A DNA stretch of 13,886 nucleotides from Azolla caroliniana (taxonomy: Eukaryota > Plantae > Polypodiophyta), in assembly GCA_043228905.1 (NCBI GenBank), contig JBHGNT010000919.1, positions 1 to 13,886 of the forward strand, written 5' to 3'. The notes below the pieces were generated by a model that saw only the letters and a program-made list of their open reading frames with translations, was not told where the DNA came from and searched no databases. Positions 1-8,850 of the stretch are shown here, piece after piece. Made by a program: the position numbers and the translations under genes. Position 1 is the stretch's first letter, and every line of letters begins with the position of its first letter.

Positions 1-6
1 AAGGCA

Positions 7-1280
7 ATGCAATCGAAAGGAGTCGTCATCGAGCTCCCGACATTCACGGTGAAAGAGATTGAAGGCGTGTGTGCCGCTTGCCAATTCGGCAAGCACCATC
101 GACACCCATTTCCGAAGGAGCGGAACTTGAGCAAAGCCGTACTCAACGTAATTCATTCCGATGTATGGGGTCCGGCTGAAACGGTGACATTTGGCGGATT
201 CCGATACTACGTAACCTTCATCGACGACTTCTCTAGGCACACTTGGATCTACCCAATGCGACAAAAGAGCGAAGTGTTCGGACACTTCCAAAAATTTAAG
301 AATGAAGTCGAGAAAGCCACAAGCCGACATGTACGATGTCTTCGGTTAGATGGAGGCAAGGAGTACTTCTCCGACGAATTTTCGGTGTTTCTACGAAAAG
401 AAAGAATACGGCAAGAGTTTTCGTGTCGACATACGCCACAACAAAACGGAGTGGCCGAACGCAAGAATCGGCACATCCTCGAAGTGGCACAAGCTATGCT
501 TAACGAAAAGCACATGCCGAAATCGTATTGGGCCGAAACAACTAACACGCCCATCTATCTCATGAATCGGTGTACGACATCGGGTGTGCACGAACTTACT
601 CCGCACGAGAAGTTCTTCGGAAAGAAGCCAGACCTATTGCATGTTCGGATATACGGCTCCATTGCGTACGTGCACATCCCCGATGAGAAGCGTCAAAAGC
701 TTGACCCGAAGTCGGAGAAATGTATCCTCGTAGGATACCCACTGGAGCAAACGGGGTACAAGTGCTACAACCCCTCAACTCGAAAATCTCGAGTAAGTCG
801 AGACGTCGTTTTTGATGAGTTCGCATCCTAGTACGCACCAGAGACAACTTCGACTCCAATTCTGCTCGACCCGAAATACGCCAAACAAGAGATAGAGGAT
901 GAAGATCGGCTTACGCGCATGTTCGAAGAAAGTCCGATCATGACCCGACTAAGCGGACCACAAGAGCCTTTGAGCGATCAAAGCACATCTCGAGCAAGTC
1001 CGAAGTTGGACAAAGGGAATGCCAAAATGCTGAAGTATGAAGATGCTCATTTCGATGGCAACGAATCGACTCACTCCCTCGATAGTGAGTTCGAAGGCCT
1101 TGACATCCAAACAAATGGAGTGAAGAAAGCCTTAGAATCCGCAAACAAGAAGCTACACCGATCCACCCGTGAAAAGAACCCTGTAAGCCGCTTCGGTTAC
1201 GATGAGTATATGGCATACCATTACGCCTTTATGATGAAGGTCGCAACAGTACGGGAGCCGGAAACCTTTTCCAAAGCTGA
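7..1280 (+). pseudogene. copia pol: GAG-pre-integrase/integrase (rve) domain and linker
   Basis: CAAC zinc-finger half, IHSDVWGP, LRLDGGKEY and PQQNGVAERKNR (D,D35E present), then KLDPKS..C..VGY and SRDVVFDE. TAG at 829-831 sits where a Trp is expected. The same frame continues (ORF 919) to EPETFSKA, where insertion 1 cuts it. Confidence 0.95.
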
Positions 1281-1940
1281 TGTCGGATTGGTACACTCTT
1301 CTCATGCAGAAAGAGGTGGAACCGCAGGGGCCTTGAACCAAGGAGTGTGAGGAAGAAGAGAGAGAGAGAGAGCAGCTTGCAGAAACACAAAGGGAGGAAG
1401 AGAGAGAGAACAAAATCTTAATTACAAAATCAATAACGATTACAATCGGCAAGCCGGCAACGGACCCAACTCAGGCGAACATAGACACACACACGATGCT
1501 CACGCACGCATACAGCCCCGACTGCACTGTGGAGCGGCGAGCCTCTATCGGAAGCACACGGGTTGTCCACGAAGCAGGGGCAACTCAGTCTGTAATCCTC
1601 CAGAGAATGACGAACGATGGAGGAGAGCTCTCGGTCCCAGTCCAACAGCACTTCGTCCTCACTCCTAAAACGCGATCCCTTTGGTGAACCTTCTTACTTC
1701 CCTTTTATAGGCCGTCGAGGCCAGTCGTTGCACCCTCGTTTTCATCAATATATTCTCTGTCCTTTTTGGACAGAGATACTCTTCGATTTCCTAGACATTC
1801 AATGCGTCACATCTAGTCTATTTGCACCCACCGTCCTACTCCTAGTTATGTACAAGGTATTAATTGATGTGGAAGGGTGTAGGGCCGGGTCATGCGCCTT
1901 GCTTTGCCGATTCCGCTTCTGGCCGGTTTTCTTCACGACA
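1281..1940 (-). mobile_element. nested solo LTR (660 bp), probably antisense to the host copia
   Basis: Termini are TGTCG...CGACA (5-bp inverted repeat). Removing it restores EPETFSKA-AMDPRWIKAMNEEM. The TSD is degenerate (left CTGA, right CCGCA). A minus-strand CCTATAAAAGGG lies at 1700-1711, with a CT-rich tract downstream on minus. No internal coding region is seen. Confidence 0.8.
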
Positions 1941-3134
1941 CCGCAATGGACCCGCGATGGATCAAAGCAATGAACGAGGAGATGCATGCACTACCCAAGA
2001 ACGACACATGGGATATCGTTCCCCACTCACCGCACAAGAGAGGCGATAGGCTGTTGATGGATCTACAAGGTGAAGTATAATGTCGATGGCTCCGTCAATT
2101 GCTACAAAGCTCGACTCATAGCGAAAGGATACGCGCAAACACATGGAGTTGACTACGAAGAGACCTTTGCCCCGGTGGCAAAGATGACGACTATGCGGAC
2201 CGTGATCGCACTTGCAATGGTGAAAGGGTGACACCTCCACCAAATGGACGTAAAGAACGCCTTTCTTCAAGGTGAATTGGAAGAGGAGGTGTACATGGTT
2301 CAACCACCCGACTTCGAATCCAACCTCCATCTGAAAGTTGTGTGTCGACTCAAGAACCCTCTCTACGGCCTCAAGCAAGCACCACGTGCTTGGCATTCAA
2401 AGATTACACAATATCTTCATCAAATCGGCTTTCGAATGTCGAAATCCAACAACTCCCTCTATGTATGAAACGAGTCTAAAAGGCCAATTGTTATCATTCT
2501 ATACGTGGAAGATCTCGTTATTGGAGGTGAGCATTTAGTTGACATCAACAAGGTGAAGTCCCTCCTCTCCAACAAATTCGAGATGACGGACATGAAGGAG
2601 CTACACTACTTCCTAGGCATCGAGGTGATTCGGAATCCGGTCGGCATTATGATCTCTCAACGGCACTACATTCTCAACTTGTTATACAAGTTTGGGATGA
2701 TGGAGTGCAAATCGATCGCTACACCTCTCGATAGAAACCTCAAACTAGATGCCGACTCCGGCACAAACGAGTGCGATCCGACTCAATATCGACAACTGAT
2801 CGGGAGTCTCATCTATCTCACGATCACACGACCCGACCTTAGCTATCTGGTCGGACTCCTTAGCCAATTCATGCAAACTCCCGAGATATCCATTTCGATT
2901 GCGCTAAGCGAGTATTACGATATGTGAGCAGAACAATGGATTACAACATTCTCTACAAATCAGTCACACCAATACGACTCGAAGGATACATGGACGCGGA
3001 TTGGGCTGGCTACAAAGCCGATCGACGATCGACCTCCGGATTTGTCTTCTCCCTCGGCAGCGGAGCGATTTCGGGAGTAGCAAGAAGCAACCTATCGTCG
3101 CTCTTTTGAGTACGGAGGTGAAATACAGAGGCGT
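1941..3134 (+). pseudogene. copia pol: reverse transcriptase (RVT_2 type) and start of RNase H
   Basis: [50 protein letters not shown] (2502-2513), YFLGIEV, LIYLTITRPDL, DADWAG...RRSTSG. Stops at 2055-2057, 2229-2231 and 2466-2468; frameshifts near 2040, 2881 and 3074. Confidence 0.95.
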
Positions 3135-3546
3135 TGTCGTGACCCAAGCTTCGAAGACAAGGTCGATTTAGAAAAGAAGATAATAACAAACGAGAAGACG
3201 TTTACAAGACAAAAATACAAGAATTTCTATTACCGAAAACCGAGATTACAAGGTTGTTGAAGACTGGTGTTGAACCGGAATGGTTCAACACTAAGCAGAT
3301 CCTCGACTTATATACTATACATCAGAATGTGCATGATCGCCATTTGGCATACATGTTGTGCGCCACTTGGCGTACAAGGTGCATGCCATTTGGCGGTCAT
3401 TTAATGTGTCTAGTGCTCTACAGTTCTTGAATAATAATAATATGAAAATGTATTTATTAATGAAAATGAGTTGGTGCAATGGTTGAAGTGTAAGACCATT
3501 GTTTGAAGGTCACAAGGTCAAACCTTGATATTCACATTTTGTGACA
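3135..3546 (-). mobile_element. nested solo LTR (412 bp), probably antisense to the host copia
   Basis: Termini are TGTC...GACA, flanked by GGCGT (3130-3134) and GGCGC (3547-3551), a 5-bp TSD with one mismatch. Removal restores STEVKYR-GAVVAACE. A minus-strand TATATAA lies at 3308-3314. Confidence 0.87.
3338..3396. repeat. 23-bp tandem repeat (~2.6 copies) inside solo LTR 2
   Basis: Units start at 3338, 3361 and 3384: CGCCATTTGGCATACATGTTGTG / CGCCACTTGGCGTACAAGGTGCA / TGCCATTTGGCGG. Confidence 0.8.
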
Positions 3547-3999
3547 GGCGCAGTCGTAGCTGCATGTGAAGTCGTATGGCTTAAGAAGATTTTGAAGGAT
3601 CTGGGCGTTCCCATCAAGGATCCGACTCCCCTTTACTGTGACAACATGAGCAGTATTTATTTGGCTCGGAACTCGGTGTTCCACACACGCACAAAGCATA
3701 TCAAAGTGCACTATCACTTTATTCGAGAGCGTGTTCAGGCCGGAGATGTCGACGTTCTACACATAAGCACAAATCATCAAACGGGCGACATATTCACAAA
3801 AGCCTTAGGAGCCGACAAGCTTCGGCAATTCATGTCAGACCTTGGATTGATGATCCCTGACTTGCCAAGCTTGAGGGGGAGTACAAGCGAGAATCAGATA
3901 CCGATTGAACCGGGTACGAGCCGAAACGGACAATTGAGATCGTCTGAACCGGATACCAGCCAAAGCGGACATCAACCGAAAGGAGCTGACCCGAGTTGA
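3547..3999 (+). pseudogene. copia pol: RNase H C-terminal part plus C-terminal extension
   Basis: ACEVVWLKKIL, LYCDNMS, FHTRTKHI, HFIRE, DIFTKAL; stop TGA at 3997-3999. Confidence 0.93.
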
Positions 4000-4001
4000 G
4001 C

Positions 4002-4012
4002 TTGAGGGGGCG
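4002..4012 (+). other. polypurine tract (plus-strand primer site)
   Basis: TTGAGGGGGCG lies immediately before the LTR start TGTTG, the typical copia arrangement. Confidence 0.88.
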
Positions 4013-4452
4013 TGTTGAGAATCAAGCTCAACATAGAGCAACGTGTGAACACAACTTTTGAGAATATATGATTACTCAAAGGTCGAGAGTCACACCACCA
4101 CTCTCTACACATTAAACTATGTGTCATAGATTCATATTCTATGACACATAACTAATGGTTCCACATTCCCCATGACCGTAAGACTTCACATTCCTCAAGG
4201 CTCTAGTGAGAAAGTGAACGTTTTAACGAGTAAATGAAGAGAGAGGACCTGATTCTATATAAAGCACCCTCCTCCTACTCCATATTAAGTCGGTTGTGAC
4301 TCCTTGTAATGCTATTTTGTATCTCATATTCTACTTGTTAATATACATCTCCTTCTTCTTCTCGAGTACTTCATATTGTCTCTTATATATCTTGTGTTTC
4401 TCCTGTCCTCTCTTCTCTTCCACTTCACAAGAATCATATCCGATTCTTTACA
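4013..4452 (+). repeat. 3' LTR of the copia element (440 bp)
   Basis: Starts TGTTGAGAATC and ends GATTCTTTACA, a 9/11 match to the reverse complement of the start. It has a TATA box at 4256-4263 followed by a pyrimidine-rich R/U5-like part. The end is inferred from the inverted repeat only, because the 5' LTR is not in the window. Confidence 0.85.
4256..4263 (+). promoter_or_regulatory. LTR TATA box
   Basis: CTATATAAAG in the middle of the LTR. Confidence 0.7.
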
Positions 4453-5896
4453 ATAGTCAACTATTGTCACCACTTGCTCCTATGTTTCATCTCACAATGA
4501 AGTGCATGTGAACTAAGTTGTATGGAACCAATAGCTCATATAGTTGATGATGGGATCAACTCTAATGTGTATTGATGTCTGCAAAATCCCCATTCAATGA
4601 ACAATATGGTTTTGTAGTTAGGTACAACAATGTAGCATAATCTGTGAAATGTGAGCCTCTGCATTTTCCCATGTCGCGATACATTGGCGTCGCAAAAATG
4701 CCTCATTCACACAAGAATCTATTGATATATCATGAAGCAAGTGTGTTGCATCTCAACTTTCAACCCATTTTTCATAAACTCCATAAATTTGAAACACAAA
4801 ATTGTGCCTTTATGCATTGTTTAGATCATTTGTTTGTTTCCCATGCAATTGTAGGAAGTTGATGAAAGGAACTTTTTTTAATCTCAAGCAATGCATTCAA
4901 CAACCCTTGACATAACAATGATCTCAATGGGAAGTGATATCACCTCAAGAAGTAGGATGTGTGAAATTTGTTTCTCAACTTGGAGAAACTTTGTAATAAA
5001 TGCTTTTGGACATTTTCAAACTCATTCCAAATGAACATAGGGACGTGACCGCCCTATAGGGAAGCACCAATGGCACCAATGTGTGGAAAAGGTGTTTATT
5101 AAGGACCAAACCATTAATTTCTCCACCATTGCTTGTGTTCTCATATGCACAAAATGCTTTCTTTCTTGTTTCTAAGTGGTAGATAGCACATTCATTCCAT
5201 CTATGATGTGAAGGAATTTTAAGGCCAAAGTATTTAAGGCTTTCCAAAGTTTCGCGTAGTTCATACTTGTATATAATGCATGGTTTATCCTTTGGCTCTT
5301 CACAAGCATAATCTTCGTTTTAGAACAATTTTCACTCAATTTAGCATGTATGTAAAATGTTCCTAGAGTATATGCAAAAAACAACACATCATCTCACATA
5401 CAACGAAAGCATGATGAGTACATTAAAGATGATATTTCTTCGATGGTTTTTGCTTGATAACCATATGTGCTAATTCACCAATGCATGGACCAAATAGATA
5501 GTAAAAGTGGGCATCCTTGATTGAATAAACCAATAGTATTATAGAAAGAAATATGTTCAACATCTATTAGAGGCTAAAATCAGCCTATGAGACAAATCAT
5601 GATAGCAATTATGGGCGATTTCAACTTCTTTGTATTTGAACAAAGTAAAATGCTTTAGGGTTCATAAGAGTCCACAATGATGATCTTAGTGCATGAGATG
5701 GCTTTACAATTGCATGCAAAACATACCTACCATTTTGTGATGAGGGCACATGGTATCTGATATTTGATCACAACTTTTGTACAATGGTAAACTTATGACA
5801 AACAAGAGAAGGTGGTAAAGTAATCCAAAGAAAACTATTTGTGACGAAGGGACAAAATTATAGCAACATTTGAGGAGGAACATAAAGGGAACATAA

Positions 5897-6170
5897 AGAA
5901 GAAGAGACAAGTCACAAGAGCAACTAGGGAAAACAATACACGAGGAAGGGACAACTGATGAGGTTAAACAAGGCGAACTACGAGGAAGGGACGAATTATC
6001 GATGTAAAGAGAGCGAACTTACGAGGAAAGGACAAGTCGCTAAAGGAGGGAGAGCGAACTTACCAAGAAGAGACAAGTCACCATGGTTATTGGAGGTAAA
6101 GTTATGAGGGAGCTGGGATATTGAGGTAACAATAGAAAGAATGGAGAACTTACTAGGAAGAGGCAAGTCA
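5897..6170. repeat. degenerate direct-repeat array, ~40-41 bp period
   Basis: Core CGAGGAAGGGAC at 5941 and 5981, CGAGGAAAGGAC at 6022, CCAAGAAGAGAC at 6063 and CTAGGAAGAGGC at 6153. AAGAAGAGACAAGTCAC is exact at 5899 and 6065. Most copies are preceded by (GC)GAACT(T)A. Confidence 0.75.
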
Positions 6171-6311
6171 TGAGTGTAAGCAGGTGGGTGAGGGGGTGAA
6201 AAGTTGCGTGGACGAGATGAGCAGAGCATGGGGCCAGGGTCAAGTAAGGCGTGCGCACGAAGAGACGGGAGTCACAATTGAAGGCTTGGACTTGGACATA
6301 TAGTACATATG

Positions 6312-6332
6312 TATATATATATATATATATAT
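6312..6332. repeat. (TA)10 microsatellite
   Basis: Read directly. Confidence 0.95.
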
Positions 6333-6937
6333 CTTCTTGTTAGTTGAAAAGAAAAGAAACACCACCACAACACCACCACAAGAAAAATCATCAATAAGAA
6401 GGAAAAGGAGAAGGAAAAGGAAGGAAAGAGGAAAACCTTCAAGTAAGTAAGTATGAATGTAAATACATAATAAAAATTTAAAATTTAAAAATAAAAATAA
6501 AAAATAAAAATAATAAGGCAGTTCTTTCTTCCCTTAGTTTTTTGTCCCTGTGTTTTATTATTAATAAAACTAGATGCTTCGTTTTCTCAGAAACGCCATA
6601 GCTGCAAGGCTTTCTTTGCTTTAGGTCTGCAACCAGAAGAAAGACAGAACAGAAGGTAAGAAGAAGCAAGAACAGAAAGAACTGCCTCCCTCTTCCTCAC
6701 CGGCATCGCCGTCTACATCGCCATATCTGTTAGCTCTTGTTTCTTGCTTTGCATCTATCCAAAACTCAAAAAGCAAGACCACTGATCAGAAACCTTTTGA
6801 CTTTCCACACTGAACGATCTTTTATCTTACTTATTCTTTGATCTGCATTACGTTTAGGCGAGTGCAGATGTTTTTCTCCTTAAACTTCCTGTTTGCTGAT
6901 TGAAAATTCATCACATCGGAGGTAGATCCTCACCACC

Positions 6938-6970
6938 ATGAAAGCCAAGAAAAGACGAGGACTCGAAGCG
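6938..6970 (+). CDS. UPL1: E3 ubiquitin-protein ligase UPL1/UPL2-like, coding exon 1 (MKAKKRRGLEA)
   Basis: ATG in CCACCATGA context; 11 codons then a GT donor at 6971. Resembles the basic N-terminus of plant UPL1 as I recall it (MKLKRRRASEV). Phase-0 join to exon 2. Confidence 0.85.
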
Positions 6971-6975
6971 GTACT

Positions 6976-6977
<2 letters not shown>

Positions 6978-7020
<43 letters not shown>
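6978..7020. repeat. (CT)21 microsatellite at the start of intron 1
   Basis: Read directly; begins at intron position +8. Confidence 0.97.
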
Positions 7021-7023
<3 letters not shown>

Positions 7024-8717
7024 TCTCTGATAACTGCTGTGCGGATATATGTTGAAAAGCCTATTTCTCGGCATGTAGTTTGCTTCAGTTTTGGTTTGTT
7101 TTAGCATATATGCTTGCGAATAAAGGTCAGTTTGTAATCCATGGTCATCAACATACTGAAAGTGCTTTATTTTCTGATCCCTGGTACTCTGAGAGTCTGT
7201 TTTCTGGCATGAATCTATGGTTTTTACGTTTATTCTATAAAATGGAAGTGGCCTCTGCTAGATTTGGTTTTAACTTGCCTCTGCAATGTTATAACCCATC
7301 CATTTGTTTTGTGAATTTTTGCAAACTCTGAACTTGCTCACAATGAGTGGTTACGACTTCCCTTGATTATTTCTATTTTGGAGGTCTCTTTTCTGTCTTT
7401 TTTGTAATTGAAGATGCTGTGTGATAGATTCCATTGCACCCTTCCTTCTACAATGCTACAAGATTTCAATTATTTTGAAGATGTAGTAATCCATGTGTTT
7501 GGTCAGCACTCTGTATTTTTTTAAGATTGATACCCTTACCTTTCTGATCACGTACTGATACATTCAAAAGCCTCTTTCTGGCAGATGCCTTGCTTCCGTT
7601 TATGTTATTTTCAGGTGACTTATGTTTGATTCTGTGTTAACTTATCATTGGGATATTCCATATCTGTTTTGTTATCCATGCTGTATCTGTTCTCCTATTT
7701 TATGGCGATTAGCACTCCAAACTTGTCCACAATAGATGATGTGGCTTTCTATGTGTTGTAACATATCTGGCCGTGTTGACAGTTTCTGATCAGAAATCTG
7801 GAAATTTGGATCACAATTGATGCATTGGTCATCTATGGTGTTATGACATGTCAGCTAGTTTTGAGAATATTCAATCCATGACGATCACCATGTTGAACTC
7901 GTTCACATTAGATGCCTGTTTTGGGAATTCTCAATCCCATGGTGCTGAGCACTCTGAACTTGTTGATGTGCTTACTATCCAATGACTCAGACAGGCAAGC
8001 AATAGTAATCTTGCACTCTATTTCCCTCGTTACCAACCAAACAAAAAAATTTACACTTGATAGCCGTCGTTTCAGGAGAAATCCACCATCAAAAAGGTAG
8101 TTGGTGACTGGCAGGTTTGTATCTACTGGTCCCCAATACCCCTACCAAAAAGAATGAGTGACTTTTGAAACACATATGCCTTTAGTAGCCACAGGCCTCC
8201 ATATCACAACATCTACAATGCTCATGCTGATTTATTAATATGCTTCACATGGCACCTTTTGGGCCACAACGTTACATGAGTATTTATGTATGATATAATT
8301 GTAGGATGTACAATTGGATGAGAAATTTTGGATGTTATGTGCATATATGAAGTCTTGTATGTGCTCATATATGTGTCTTGGATGCTCATATAAATCTATA
8401 GATGAATGCATGTGTGGAATGTTTGTTAATGGTTGGTGGATTTATGTTGATATGTGCTTGACACATTGCTCGTATCATATATTGAAGCACCCATAATGTA
8501 TCACCAGTATCATATGATGAGGAGCAGATGATAGATACTGTCATCAGTAGATTCAAAACATCAAATTGGTGAAGAATAATTTCATCTCTGCATGAAAAAG
8601 GAGATGTCTTCTATAATAAATACTTTTCTCCCTTTAACGTCAGTTATCTTGATTGAAGTGAGTTTCGTATATAGAATATTATCTCACAAGGAAGAAATTG
8701 GATTGTATTTATGGCAG

Positions 8718-8813
8718 CATCCAAGGGTTCAGGCATTCATTAACAGCGTGATCAGCATCCCATTCGAGTGCATAGAAACTCCCCTAGCTAGATTCAGTTG
8801 GGAATATGACAAG
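8718..8813 (+). CDS. UPL1: UPL1/UPL2-like coding exon 2 (HPRVQAFINSVISIPFECIETPLARFSWEYDK)
   Basis: CAG acceptor ending 8717, GT donor at 8814, 96 nt. Matches the recalled UPL1 pattern FINSV..IP...I..PL..F.WE.DK. Confidence 0.92.
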
Positions 8814-8850
8814 GTACTCTATTGAGAGTGTTAGACACTGAATTAATTTA

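Larger units (their letters stand above)
1..4452 (+). mobile_element. Ty1/copia LTR retrotransposon, degenerate; 5' LTR, gag and protease lie upstream of the window; contains two nested insertions
   Basis: Domain order integrase -> RT -> RNase H is diagnostic of copia. It is followed by a PPT (TTGAGGGGG, 4002-4010) and an LTR starting TGTTG at 4013. Confidence 0.97.

Noticed and set aside
829-831. Programmed stop-codon readthrough
   Set aside because: The TAG is at an expected Trp position inside pol and the element has many other lesions, so simple decay explains it.
1153-1987. Short ORFs within or overlapping insertion 1 as an extra retroelement gene or env
   Set aside because: They fall largely inside a TG...CA-bounded LTR-like insertion, are low-complexity and show no domain.
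5844-6170. CRISPR array
   Set aside because: Eukaryotic context, degenerate non-palindromic repeats, intervals of only ~15 nt, and no cas genes.
6250-6305. Helitron 3' end (palindrome CGTGCGCACG near TAGT)
   Set aside because: The palindrome has no loop, lies ~40 nt from the candidate end, and there is no CTRR at the expected spacing.
6880-7107. ORF with an (ER)n tract
   Set aside because: It is the translation of the (CT)21 microsatellite on the opposite strand.
7783-7796. 14-bp palindrome TTTCTGATCAGAAA and recurring TTTCTGATC in intron 1
   Set aside because: Short and AT-rich; I cannot distinguish it from chance or tie it to a known motif.
8270-8500. TE remnant or ORF 8314-8496 in the ATGT-rich part of intron 1
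   Set aside because: Low-complexity sequence with no TIR, TSD or coding signature found.
8592-8717. Alternative N-terminus from the in-frame ATG at 8592
   Set aside because: The upstream peptide has no UPL1 resemblance, and a good acceptor at 8717 plus exon 1 explains the protein start.
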